Assembly: GCF_009914755.1 (NCBI RefSeq)
Contig: NC_060925.1
Reading direction: 5' to 3' (one strand)
Length of the DNA: 64,000 bases
From: the human T2T-CHM13v2.0 reference genome, Homo sapiens
This document shows, piece by piece, positions 1 to 19,898 of this stretch (its first letter is position 1; every line of letters starts with the position of its first letter). The notes under the pieces are model-generated. The model searched no databases. It had not been told where the DNA came from and saw only the letters and a program-made list of their open reading frames with translations. A program made the translations under genes and the position numbers.

Positions 1-197
<197 letters not shown>

Positions 198-209
198 TAA
201 AAGGGAGTG

Positions 210-925
<716 letters not shown>

Positions 926-1564
926 TAAATTAGTAGAAATGAAGTAACTTTCTTGTTCTAAAATCCTAATTCCAATCAGTCTGAAACATAAGCCTTCCAT
1001 AGCATGTATAGGGTCATTTTCTTAAGGTAGATGGAAAGTGGGATGTGGTTGTCACGGAGATGCCCCAGGGATGTTGCTCAGTGCCAGCTGTAGCAGAGAA
1101 GATGCGCAATGCCTGTTTGCTGAACAAACAGAAGGAACTTGTGCCAGCGTGTGGTCAGAAAGCCACTAGTGGGCTTTATAATCAATCGGAAGGATGACAG
1201 CCTTTGTACTGGCCAAAGAAAGCCATTGTTCTTGCCTCAGGAACCAGGGGAATGGAGCAGGGTAACTGTTGAAAGTGAAGTTTTCTTATGCAAGAAAGCC
1301 AGAGATTGCTCAAACTAGACCACAGGCATAGATGCCCAGAGGAGGGAGTTCCAGGACACCTTGAAAAATGGACCCTACAGGTTTAGCCCATCCAATGCCC
1401 CGACTCCCAGCAGCAGGTGAGGCTTCCCTGATAGGGGGAGGGATGTACCCCAGAAAGGGGTGGGGTTTCAGCTCAAGGGAAGGGCTTCCTTGCCCGGGTG
1501 GCTCTAGGTCCAGGAGCTGCCTCCATCAATGGGTGTCCTCTCTGTTTTGGAAGTTCTAGCTGTA

Positions 1565-2083
1565 TTTTATTTTTTTATTTTATTTTTTGAGATGAAGTCT
1601 CGCTCTGTCGCTCAGGCTGGAGTGCAGTGGTGCAATCTTGGCTCACCACAACCTCCCCTCCTGCGTTCAAGCAATTCTCCTGCCTCAGCCTCCCGAGTAC
1701 CTGGGATTACAGGCGTGCCCCACTATGCCCGGCTAATTGCTGTATTTTTTTTAAAAGAATGTTTATTCAAGACTTGGCAGGGCCAGGCGCTTACGCTTGT
1801 AATCCCAACACTTTGGGAGGCCGAGGCAGACAGATTGCTTGAGCCCAGGAATTCAAGACCAGTCTGAGCAACATGGCGAAACCCCATCTCTACAAAATAT
1901 AGAAAAAAAGAGTGGGGCGTGGCAGCGTGTGCCTATAGTCCCAGCTACTTGGGAGGCAGGGGTGGGAGGATCACATGAGCTTGGGAAGTCAGGGCTGCAG
2001 TGAGCTGTGATCAAGCCCCTGCACTCCAGCCTGAGTGACAGAGGTGAGTCCCTGTCTCAAAAAAAAAAAAAAAAAAAAAAAAA
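1565..2083. mobile_element. Truncated Alu (-, ~1565-1750) and AluJ-like (+, ~1780-2083)
   Basis: Alu consensus blocks in opposite orientations; poly-A at ~2059-2083. Confidence 0.88.
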
Positions 2084-2749
2084 GACTGCTATCTTCCCTT
2101 TCCATATGGGAATTGCGTGGAACCATCAGAAACAAGACTTGGGGTTAAGTTGGCCAAGGAGATACAGAAGTGCTTCTTATTTCTGTTTCTTTTTCTTTTC
2201 TTTAAAAACAACGTATTTCCATTCTTTTCTAGGGCAGGGGCTGCTCCCCCGCTGCCTCCCCACTCTCAGCCCTAATCACCCACTGCACTATTTATAGTCC
2301 TCATGCAGGATCCCAGCAGAAAGGAGGGCAGGACTGCAGTCGCCCCTGGGATTGCGACTGATCCTCTGTGTCTGTAGCACCGGAGCTGAGTTCTCCTCCC
2401 AGCACCCCGACCGCTCAGGGCGATAGAGCTGCTGCTGCCTGTGAGGTCACGACCAGCACAGAGGGCCCCAGAACCTTGGGCTTTCCAACGTTCTCTCTCT
2501 CCGCAAATTAAGATCTCAAGGAGATTTTTTTTTCAGACTCTGAGGCACTAGCTGCACAGGGAGAAATCCCAGGCTTCTATTAATAGTCCCTAGACAGGAA
2601 GGTCCTGGAAGACGTGCATGGTGTTCTGAATCTCAGGAAGAAAGACAAAGTTAGCCAGGTAGTGGTTCCTCAGGAATCTGGTGTCTATTTACCCACTGAG
2701 GAAACGGAGGCCCAGAGAGATCAAGTGACCGGCTTAAGGTCAAAGAGCA

Positions 2750-3150
2750 TTCCAGACCGCTCAGCAATAAAAAGGAATGAACTATTGATACACGCAGCAA
2801 CACGGATGAATCGCAAAATAGTCACACTGGGTGAAAGGAGTCAGGCCAAAGGGGAGAATGTACTCTATGGTTCCATTTATAAAAATGTTAGAATATGCAA
2901 ATCTAAAATCCCCTATAGGGACAGAAAGCAGATCAACACTTGTCTGGGGATGGGATGGGGAAGAGGGAAGGATTCCAGTGGGGAAGGAGGAAAGCTTTTT
3001 GGATGGGAACTATGGTCATGATCTTGACTGTGGTGATGATTTCATAGGGATAGATAGATGACAGATAGATAGATAGATAGATAGATAGATATAAAATTAT
3101 ATTCTTTAAACATTTTTGCATGTCAAATATATCTCAATAAAGCTGTTAAG
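2750..3150 (+). mobile_element. Old L1M 3' end fragment containing a (GATA)n microsatellite (~3050-3092)
   Basis: aaaaggaatgaactattgatacacgcagcaacacggatgaatc...tatctcaataaagctgtt is typical of L1ME/L1MC 3' ends. Confidence 0.7.
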
Positions 3151-3783
<633 letters not shown>

Positions 3784-3924
3784 AATCCGCCCCAATCAAT
3801 CTTCCATGATCCACTCCCTCCCCATCCTTTCAAATAGCATTCAGAGAACAGATATCGTCTTTCATTCCAATCTCCTGATACTCACTGGCTTCTGACCAAG
3901 ATGCCTTTCTCCTCCCACCCCCTC

Positions 3925-4515
3925 TAATGAAATTACTACACATTTTGCAGCTTAAAAACAACACCCATGTATTGTCTCCTGGTTTTAGAGAGTGGGGAGT
4001 CTCAGCAGAATTTAATCATGCCGTCTGCTCAGGGTCTCACCAGGCTGCAACTGATGGGTAAGCTGGGGCTGGGATCCCATCTGAGGCTTGCAGTGGCAGA
4101 ATTCACTTCCTCGAAGCTGTACAACTTAAAGCAGCTTGCTTTTTCAAGGCTAGCAGGAGGCAGAGACTCTCTTCAAGATCTTCCTTTACAGGGCTCACCC
4201 TATAGTTCAGACTCACCCAGGATAACTTCTCTTGGATTGACCCAAAGTCGACAGCTGCAAAATCCGTTCACCTTCGGCCACATCCTATAACCTTATCCTG
4301 AGAGTGAGATCCATCATATCATCCGTCCCACCCACACTCAAGGGGAGGGGATTAGGCAGGGTGTACACACCAGGGGGTGAATCTTGGGGGCGGTCTTAGA
4401 ATTCTGCCTCCCTGCGGCGGAGCTTGCAGTGAGCCGAGATCGCGCCACTGCACTTAGCCTGGGCGACAAAGCGAGACTCCGTCTAAAAAAAAAAAAAATT
4501 CTGCCTCTCCGCTAT
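3925..4515 (-). mobile_element. Old MLT1 LTR with a 5'-truncated AluY-like fragment (+, ~4415-4498) near its end
   Basis: MLT1-like aaattactacac...gcagcttaaaaaca...gtcttagaattctgcct; Alu fragment flanked by TSD aattctgcctc. Confidence 0.6.
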
Positions 4516-4688
4516 TCTAGCTCTCTCTCTCTCCAGTAATACACAAGTAAACAAGTAAGTAAATAAAACCTTACCTACACCGCTTTAGAAAGAAGAGCAA
4601 AGCGGCTTGGAGTCCCAATCTGGTGGCACCATCAACTCCCTGCTTGCCCTCCTTCATTTCTTTCTTGGTTCTGAGTTATAATAAGCTA

Positions 4689-5342
<654 letters not shown>

Positions 5343-6369
5343 TATTGCATTAAAGAATACCCCCATCTTTTGAGGGATCTCAGGCCCCTCTGCTGGCTTG
5401 GAGTATACCCGAGAGCTCCCACCTAGACAGCAGGAGGTGACAAGACCTGGGGAACACGTCAAAGCTGAAACCATGCTGGGGAACATAGTCACTTTTCTGG
5501 AGACCCATGACACAAATGGCCAATTTTGAGGAGCCACAAGCATGGCTGGAGTTTGCAAATAAGGAGTCTCGACTGCAGCCCAGGAAATATCATCAAGGAA
5601 CTCAATTTGGGAGTAAAATGTGAAGAGTCAGCGGTGAGCAGGGGGCAGCCCTTTCGGAGGGCAAGTGTACACCTTGCCAGCAGGGACTGTGAATTGGAGC
5701 CACCATTTGCTGCAACGCCTGCAGTTGGAGTTACATGCTAGTGCATGCCTGTGCCATCTGGTAAGAGTATAGAGAGCCGAGGGGAAGGAGCTTCATCCCT
5801 TCCGTAGATCTCCTGGCTGAGACCAGGCTCCCCCTTACCCCGAGCCTTGCCCTCCTAAAAACAACCCATCTTCACCCCAGCTGGGTCAAAGCAGGTGTTT
5901 TAAGAGCTTTGCTTCCTTTCCCCAGAGTGCTGGCCTCCCTGTTGGGGCATGGTTCAGGACCAGACTCTCCACTAAAGATAGGCTGTGACAATGAGGACAG
6001 GAAACGCTGCAGCCAGAAGTTTCTTTACCTGGGCCTCATGATGGGGCCTGTTTCACCTGAAAGAACCTGGACCTACAGCCTCACATGTAGAAACCCAGGC
6101 GGCTCTCAGTTACCTGCCCTGGTGAAGTGTTTCTCAGCGGTGCTTCAAGAAGAGCAGGGGTTGCAATCTGAGCCCCTGAGGTTGAGGCGTTCTCTTCAAC
6201 TTATGAGGTTTTCTCACCAGCCTCCAAGAGGAGCTGGAGAGGAGTCTGGTACCACTCTGTACACAAAGCCAGAAGCAGGGAGGGGTAAATGGGATGAAGG
6301 GACAAGGAGCCATGCGCCACTTCACACCCCCAGGGTGGCTGGACTCAAAAAGATGGACCATAGCCACTG

Positions 6370-7883
<1,514 letters not shown>

Positions 7884-8309
7884 AACTCTGTTTTTAAATG
7901 GGGGCTCGGGGAAGGCGTCAGCAGCACCATCGTGGAGGCTGGGACAGCCCCAAAGCAGCCCCTTAGGGAGAAGGCAGGGCAGGCTGAGAGCCAGCTGGGT
8001 AGAGCTGATTGGGAAGAGGGAAGGAGGCTGGATGGGTTGGGAGCAGCTCCATTGAGGTCAAAGACTCTTGACACCTCGGTGAGAGGCAGTCACTGGGGAT
8101 AAAAAGGGCTGGGACGGCCTTGCGCCGCCAGGGTGGACCAAAGACCTCCCCCCCTTTCCGACTCCAGCCTGTCCAAGCCTCTTTTGGCTTCTCCCTTATT
8201 CTCTGCTTGGAACATTCTTGCCTGCCCTGCCTCTGTGCCTCATACTCACCCACGAAGCCGGGCTAACTCCTGCTCAGCTTTCCAGCTTCAGACATAATGC
8301 CCCTCCCAC

Positions 8310-8780
8310 AGCACCAAAGAGAAACAAAGCCAAGTGCGAGTTAAAGCAGTGAAAACAGATGATATCCAAACAGTCGCCGAAAGGGCCGAGCTCCATCCTG
8401 ATTTGTGCAGAGGGGACCGGGTGTCCTGAAGGCAGAGGGAGGGAGGGAAAGACAGGCTTAGCAGAGCCTAGAAGCAAAAAAATCACAAAAGGTTGGTTGG
8501 TGTGAATGTGACGAGACCAGTGTCTTCAGGCTTGCAATGACTAAAGTCAGGATTCTAATTCCTACAGAGTCTGGGAATTGGAGGTCCCATCCTTCCTGAT
8601 TACATTTCAAGGAATGGCTGTAAGTCCTGGAGAAAGACACTTCTGAGTTGCAGGAGATACAAATGCATCTCAAAGGGACAGAAGAAGAGTTTCCTATAAG
8701 CCCCTTTCAGTAAATGCTCTAAGAAAGGGAGGCCAGGGTCCTATGTCAGTTGTTGGACTGGCAGCCCTGGGCTTTCCTAG
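8310..8780. mobile_element. Probable ERV1-class LTR fragment (MER34/MER39-like group)
   Basis: tttcaaggaatggct...gtcctggagaaagacacttctgagttg...gtaaatgctctaagaaagggagg resembles that group; subfamily uncertain. Confidence 0.4.
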
Positions 8781-9297
8781 GCAGGCATCTCAAGTGGGTG
8801 CTGGCGTCGTCATGCTAGAGTCCAGCCATCTCTGAGTGCAGGTGTTTGGACGGAATCGTTATGTGCCAAGAGTTCTGCAGTTCTTGCCAGGGACCCTTTT
8901 CCTGACCCCTGACCCTGAGATGGTCCCAGTTCTAGGCTCCCCAGGCAGCCCGTGTTTCCTATTGAAACTCATTACATTTGTTGCAAACCCTTGTTTGTTT
9001 GTCTTCTCTGAAAGAAAGCTGCTTGTGGTTAGAGACTGTGTGTCCTGTTTGCTGCTCTGTGACCACTCCCTTGCACGGGTTAATACTTAATAAATCACGA
9101 ATGAATGAATGAATGAGTCTCAAGTCAGAAGCATCTAGGATAAGGAGGATTTAGTCAGGACAAACGGGGGAAATGGGGGAAAAGTGCAGACTCAAATAAC
9201 ATGGGTGCATATTACACCCTCCCTTGAAGCACTGGAGGGCTGGGAACAGGTACCATGGGCATCAGGTGATGGTTTGAGGGTCGATGGGAGCTGTGGG

Positions 9298-9670
9298 GTT
9301 TTTGTTTTGTTTTGTTTTTTTGAGACAGTCTCACTCTGTTGCCCAGGCTGGAGTACAGCGAGGCAATCTTGGCTCACTGCAATCTCCATCTCCTGGGTTC
9401 AGGCAATTCTCCTGTCTCAACCTCCCGAGCGGCACGATGGCGGCTCACTGTAGCCTCCGCCTCCTGGGTTTAAGCGATTCTCCTGCCTCAGCCTCCCAAG
9501 TAGCTGGGATTACAGGTGCCTGCCACCATGCCCAGCTAATTTTTATATTTTTAGTAGAGACAGGGTTTCACCATGTTGGCCAGGCTGGTCTCGAACTCCC
9601 AACCTCAAGTAATCCACCCGCCTCGGCCTCCCAAAGTGCTGGGATTACAGGCGTGAGCCACCGCACCTGG
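9298..9670 (-). mobile_element. Alu with an internally duplicated right-arm segment
   Basis: The ggctcactg...ctcctgggtt...attctcctg..ctca.cctccc block occurs twice (~9371-9428, ~9442-9497). Confidence 0.85.
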
Positions 9671-10549
9671 TAGTGGAAGCTATAGGTTTTTATGCCATGC
9701 TTGAACTTCTGCACCGTGGACTGGGTTGCTCCATGCTGGCCCTTCCTTGGATGTAAGAATCAGAGAGGGGACCCCAAAACAACAGAAGTGGTTAATTCCG
9801 CACCGCACAGCTGACATGGTGCATCCCCCTCCCTCCCTCTCCTGCTCTCACACTTGTTTCCCCCATCAGGCAATCAGTCACCAGAAGATTCAGGATTAGT
9901 GAAAGAATAAGCTCTTCGAGGGAACCCATCAGAATGACAGTCATGGCTCAGAATCTGAGACAGAACAGATCTTTGGGAAATTGAATAACCCACACCACGT
10001 ACCACCTCCTTCCTCCAGGGACAGGTGGTGGACAAGGACAGATGAAGGACATCCCCTTCCCGCTGTCCCTGGGTTTTAAGCCCTTTTGGCACAGAAAGCC
10101 TGTCCAAGTAATTAACAGAAGTAATTAGAGGTCAGATGGTCACAAATGGAAATCACTCAGTGCCCAGCCACCGATGCCAAGGCTGGCAGTGCCAAGGAGG
10201 CAGGAGGGCTCAGAGAGGAGAGGGCGGCCTGACCAGACATGGTGATCCAACTGAGGGGCTTATTCTCCCGGCCTCTCACAGGAAAGGCAGGGTGTGAAGT
10301 CTGGGGGTTTGCGTCTGTAATCAGCAGCCTGAGGTACAACAGGAATAGGCAACTGCTAAGAAAGGAAACACCACAAACGGCTCCTGCTGTTACTACAGCC
10401 TTGGGTTCAGAACTGTGCCCTCAGCAAGATGAAAAAGAGGAATTTGTCTTAATGAACTCAGTGTGAGTCTTGTAAATCCTTCCTTGGTCATATTTCTTAC
10501 ACATTATGTGTGGCTTTCACATCTTTGGAAAGGATAGGACATTTATGAC

Positions 10550-10660
10550 CCACCTATCTACCCATTCACCCATCCATCTACCCACCCACTCATCCACCCA
10601 CCCACCCATCCACAGCTCAGCCACCTATCCATCCATCCATTCATCCACACATCCATCATC
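10550..10660. repeat. Degenerate (CCAT/CCAC)n simple repeat at the head of an L2-like fragment
   Basis: cacccatccatctacccacccactcatccacccacccacccatcc... Confidence 0.75.
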
Positions 10661-10868
10661 CACTTCACAAATATTAATCAGGCTCCTGCCAAGCTCAAGG
10701 CAGGTCTAGGCTCTGGGCATACAGGGTAAGCAAGACAGGCATGGACTTTCCTCTTGAGGTTTATAATCTAGCAGAGGAAAACAGTATACAAGCAAGCAAT
10801 CAAAACCCACGAAGCCCACTCAGTTGTGAATGCTGTAAAGACAAACAGGGTGACAATGCATTAGAGGG

Positions 10869-11920
<1,052 letters not shown>

Positions 11921-13175
11921 GACAGTGGCAACAAATGAGGGTTTCTTTGGCTGGGATGGGCAGGGAAGGCCTCTCCGAGCCGAGACAGTGATCTGGAGGC
12001 CTAGAAGGAGCAAAGATCTCGGGGGAAAGCATCCCAGGCAAGGGGACAGCCAGGTGCAAGGACCCTCTGGCTGGAGCAAGCTAGGCCTGGGTCAGAAACC
12101 GAAGGAGGACCAAGGGGCTGAAGGACATGAGTTTTGGGGACAGGGACAGGGCAGGCTGGCAAAGTCCGGGACCTCTCACGACAGCACTACAGAACCTAAG
12201 GGCCAGCTGGGTGGGCAGCGGGCCCAGCTCAGCTGCCCCCTAAATACTCAGGTAGAATGTGAATACTCTGATATTCAGTTCGAATATTTTGTTACTCTGC
12301 TATTCTAATACTTGGGTAACACTACTTCCAAATATTCTATTATAACCACTTCAATAGTTGTGGGTTTCTGAAAAGATCAACTGCAATAAACTCTAGTTTG
12401 GGCCCTAGCTTGGGCTCTGCCATGCCTCCTCAACCCACCTTGGACTTAACTTCCTTAAGGCAGGCCACACGATATGGTCCTCTGCAGGTTAGGAGCTGCG
12501 TCCGTGTTCCTCAGTTCATGCTACAATCGAGGGTTCCTGTCTGCCAAGCCTGCATCAAGGCTTGGTATTTACTGATGAGTGACACCCATTAGTCATGACC
12601 TCATGGAGCTTACAGTCTAGGGCATCTCTGGGGACAGAGGATTCCATGGGGAGGAGGGGAGATGACCCACGGGGCCCCAGGCCCTGAATTTCTCACCGTT
12701 TCACGCAGCAGCTCCTAAGGGTGTGTGGAGTCCACGGCTTTCTGGTCACCAGCAGCAAGAACCCCGCAGCTTCCCTGGTGATCAGGAAGGAGCAGAGGTG
12801 CAGGCTCACAGCCATGTACTGTCCCACCTGAGCCTGATCTGGAGTTAGGAAGCTGGCCAGCTGCTGTGGCTTCAGGACCTTCCCTGCCCCAGGGAACCTA
12901 ATTTCTTACATTAATTAACCTGAGTGGAGGAGGCCGATGAAAGGGAGGTTTTGATGTACAGATAAGAGACTGGAGAGATGGGGAAACTGGGGCGATAGGA
13001 GGAAATCTGGCCCTGAGGTTGGCCTAGGGAGTAGGTCTGACCTCGCAGAGGGGACACTGTCCCTGTTTCCAGAAGAAACACTGTGGTCCTGTGGGGTGAG
13101 TACGAGCCAAAAGGAAGCTCATTCTATGAGGGCACCTCCGGGATTGGCAGTTTGGGATTAAACACCTGGGCAGGG

Positions 13176-13588
<413 letters not shown>

Positions 13589-15282
13589 TTAGGCTTCGCT
13601 TCAAACCCAAGAAAGCCTCCCCATCCCCAGAAGTCCTTAGTGCCCACGGGCTGGAGCACAGAGCATGGGAAGGCGCACTTTCACTGGGGTGAAATCTTGC
13701 ATTCAGGTGGTGGGATGACCAGGACAGCATAATTTGGATATTCATGTGGCCTCATTTGTACGCCCAGGTGAGTGGACTCTGGGGATGTGTGGGTCACATG
13801 TGACAAGCCGCCTCTGACATTTATGCAGATTCTCAAGCACTGAAGTGCAGCTGGGTCATTAAGTCAACAGCAGGGGGGCCTGGGGACTAATTATGAAACA
13901 GTAAAAATGAGAACTAAGGTCTTCAGGCTGCCGGCTGTCCATTCTGTTATCTGACGCTGGGATTTGGGCTCTGATGCTAGGGTCCTCTTGCCACCGCATC
14001 CTCTTCCATGCACCTGTGAATTCTCAAGGAGGCACCACCAGGATTCTGAAGGAGGAGAGAAGGGAACCCACGTTTGCGGGGAAGTCCCTCTCGTTACCTC
14101 ATTGTGCTCTCACTGACTGCCGAGAAGTCAGTGTGACTGTTTCCCAGAGGAGGACCTGTGGCCCTAAGAGAATCCATAGCATGTCCAAGGCCACTCGGCT
14201 ATAAGGACAGAGGGGACGCTCCACTGAAGGGCTCTGTTGGAGACCAGTTAACAGGCGATTGCTTCCTGCTGTAATTATTCACAATCAGAGACTCAGATAG
14301 GGATGAGAGCTCTGTGCTGAGTGTCAAACTCTGAGAGAATGATTCTCGGAAAACCAACTCCCAGCTTGGGTTCCAATGGAACTACAGAGAGCAATGACTA
14401 CTGGTCCTGAATGTGGGTATAAAGTTTTACCCTAAAAGTACCTTGTATTTTTTTCCAAGGCCAAAATATAACAACTCATTTGCACCCTGGAAAGGTATGT
14501 TTATTTAAAAAAAAAGATTGCATTTGCAAACAGTAGAGAACACTGCTCTTTTTTATTTAAAAACATCTTTACCATGGAAAAACAATAAAGTTTGCGTGTG
14601 TGTTTATTGGTCTGGGGACTTAAAGAACAAAGATACCTTGTGGATTGCAGACAAATGAAACCCACAGAGGTTTGCTTTGGGTAGGTTTCACCATACAGGT
14701 GTTTCAATAGACCACTTTGCAAATAATAAATTACTTAACACTCAAGGCCGCTAGAGGCCACTAAAAAGGAGTTTATGGCCAAGGCACAGGGCTGGTGGCT
14801 GGCTCAGTGAGCGGTGGCAGGATATTAATGAGACTCAGAGCCTGGACGTGCTCTGGATCCAGTTAAATGTAATAGAGTTGGAAAACCACCTGCCCCCAGC
14901 CACTGACGGCACCTAGGATTCATGCCTGTAACTTTGACCATCTGAGCCTGTAGGGACATTGGGGAGGAGGGGGAGGGTGAGAGGAGGCAGTGGCAACAGC
15001 AGCATGGATGTTCCATGCAAACCCTTCTCTGTCACCAGGGAAAGCAGTCTGAGCACATGAATTTCTTAGCCTCTCTTCCAGGATGAAGCCTAGTTTGAAC
15101 CAGCACTGCCAGGTTGAAGTGTTACTGCATCCTGCAGCCAGAGCCAGGGCATGTGGCCACCCCCTTGGTCCCTGCTGTGGTACCCAGAGTCACTTGGAAC
15201 ATGTGTGAAGCCAGGATGAGGGTGCATATACCCTCCAGATGCTGATATCTAAATATTTACAAGTCACAAATACAGAGAAACT

Positions 15283-16261
<979 letters not shown>

Positions 16262-17556
16262 AACAAAAGTACCTTCTTAATGACTTCGAAGACTAGGTTT
16301 AAATGGTAAATTATTAAATTCTTGGAAATCTGCCACAGAATATGGCATTGTGGGGACAGCTGAGCTGATTGAAACCTGCTCCCTTTCTCTTCCCACTCCC
16401 AGCTCCATCCCGCACCTTAGGGGTCTATGCACACCTGTGTGGACATCCCACCCTCACATCCAACCTCTATTCACATTCCCCACCACCATCCTGTGTGGCC
16501 ACTCAGCCTGCTCTAAAGCAGGGATGCTGGGAAGATGCCCACATCCAAGCTTGGAATCGTTTTTGCCAGAAATTGGGGGCCCTAAGTACCCAAAAAATGT
16601 TCTAGAAGGGGACATGTTCTGGATGGCCATGGACTCCTTGCTCCCTGGGGAAGAGCACAGCTGGAGGAGGACTGGAGCAAGGCCCCCTAAAGCACTGGAC
16701 CCAAGATAATGCCCCTCTTGCCCAGGTCCAAGGGCTGTACTAGTGGTACCCGCTGTCATCACAGCATTCATTACTGATGAATTTGATTGTGAAGCTGGAA
16801 TCCTCTAGTCATAAGGTCTTGAGAGCAAGACAGTAAGACATTTTGGTGGCTTTGACTCTTCACTGGGGGGAATCTGAGATGTTGGATTTGAGGCTTGGAA
16901 TAAACTCATCTTGGGTGCATATGGCAACTGCAGGCTGCTTTTCCAGAAGCTCAGCATGCAGCCTCAAGAAATGTGTCCCTCCACGCTGTTCTTGCCAGGC
17001 CTGCACCTGCTGACCTAAGAAGGGAATGCAGGTGGCTAAGAGAGGCAGTGAATGCAGGGGTCAGAGCACCTGTGGCCAACTCCCGCTCCATCACTGACAG
17101 GCTGTGTCCCCCTGGCAAGTTACTCCCAGACCCAAACCAGCTCTCTCAATGGCAAAATGGAAGTGATGGAATTGTAAAGACTAGGTAATAATGGTACCTG
17201 CCTCATACAGTTTGAGTGGCTTACAGGAGGAAATCCGCATAAGGGCTTGGTCTAGCATCTCATACAGAGAATGCCTCTAATACACATGAACTATGAGCAG
17301 AACCAAGAGCACAGGCTTTAGAGTCCAATAGCCACAAGTCTTTTTGGGGTCAGTTGCTTCCTGTAATCTACCTACTTTCTCTGAGCGTCAGCTTCCTCAT
17401 CTACAAAACTGGCACGATAGTGGCTCTTACCTGGAGCTGTAAGGATGCCTACATAGACCTCAGGTTTGTGGGGTAGCTAATGTGGCAAACCATTTGTTTG
17501 TTCTTTCAACCAATACCTATGCTGGCTGTGCCACTGCTATGTGCTGGGTATGGTTC

Positions 17557-17866
<310 letters not shown>

Positions 17867-18466
17867 GTGCTGGGCATGGTTCTAAATGCTGGGCACATGA
17901 GCTGCCCAAGTCTCTGCCCTTGGGGAGCTCAAGTTCTAGTCCAGGAAGGTAAACAATAAACATGCAAACAAACACATAGATCAGATCATGGTATGAGCTG
18001 TGCAGAAAATAATATAGGGTGGTGTGATAAGGCTGACACTGAGGAAGTAATGTTTGAGCGGAGACCCAAATGACACCTTTGGAGATGTGGGAGACCCTAA
18101 ACTGGTATGTAGCATTGTCACTATTAATAATGGCAATAACTTGAGACCCAATCAATGGCAAGTCAGAGAGCTCTAAATCATTGCCTGTTGTTTGTGCAAT
18201 GTCACGTCTCAAAAGGCATTTCCTCAGTTGAGCTGTGGCTCCTGGTCAGTTTATTTTCTTGGGCCTGACTGCAGATCCTCCCCACCCCCAGGTCCCCCAT
18301 GTTCTCAATGTTTTATAAAAATTTTATATCCAGGCAGTAAGGGACCATTTTAACTGAACATCTTTTAAAGCTCCTGTTCTTCCCAAGAATCACGTTCACT
18401 CCAAAACTCTTTGGTACAGCCAGCAGAAATGACTGCCCCTCCCCTGCTCACTAATTTATTCTGTGA

Positions 18467-18808
<342 letters not shown>

Positions 18809-19483
18809 TGGCTCATGCCTTCTAAGGAAACAACTGAACCTGCTGACCAGCATGAATCACCTGAGGCAGACAGAAGGAATAAAGCAGACTCATTAAATGG
18901 GAATTCACCCACTAGAACCTATTAGAACAAGGGTCTAGTGCTGTTTCCCCAGCTTAGGGTACCATGTCCCCAGGACTCTTGGAGGTACACATTATGACTT
19001 TGGTGGAGGCCAAAACCCAGTTGGGTTCATGCCTTTGAGTCTCAGGTAGTGGTGCTCCTGAGGTGGAGAGCGGGCCATGGCAGCAATTCCAACCCCACGT
19101 AGTTCTCAGCTGAATCTGGGGCCAGGCTGGGGAGGTGCTGACTTTAGATTGTGTTGTTTTGCACAGGGGGAGCAGTATGTGCACTGAGGGTCAGAGACCA
19201 TAGATGGGGCTCTCACAGGAGCTGAGGTTGCCATGGAGTCCTGGAAGATGCCACTCACTTCTCCGCTGGCCCAGGGTCTCTGTAAGAAGGTAGCCCTCCT
19301 GAGCCAGGGGTCTCCTCCACTGGAGACTGCAATGCTGGGGAGCAGACGGGTGACCCAGAGTCTCCTCTAGGCTGAAGGGGAGAAAAGAGTGGGAGAGTAG
19401 GAAAGAAGGGAGGAGGTCAGGAGGCGGGAGAAGGGGGAAGCAGGATTCAGCCCAAAAGCCACCCAATCAAAGGCCTTCTGCGA

Positions 19484-19898
19484 TGTGATGGTTAATTTTG
19501 TGTCAACCTGACTGGGCCATGGGGTGCCCAGATATTTGGTTGAACTATTTCCAGGTGTGTCTGTGTGTTTTTGGATGGGATTAACATTGGAACAGGTGGA
19601 CTGAGTAAAGCAGATGGCCCTCCCCAATGTGTCGGGCCTCATCTAATCCAGTAAGGGCCTGAATACAACAAAAAGGTGGAGGAAGGAAGAATCCACTGTT
19701 TTTCTGCCTGACTGCTGAGCTGAGTCTTCTCCTGCCCTTGGCCTGGGACTACACCATCAGCTGTCCTGTCTCCAGCTCACCAACTGCAGATCATGGGACT
19801 TCTCAGCCTCCATCATCTCCTGAGCCAAATCCTTACGATAAATCTCTTTGTCTGTCTGTCTGCTGTTGGTTCTGTTTTCTCTGGAGAAACCTAACACA
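19484..19898 (+). mobile_element. MLT2 (ERVL) solo LTR
   Basis: Starts tgtgatggttaattttgtgtcaacctgactgggcca; ends ggttctgttttctctggagaaacctaacaca. Confidence 0.85.
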
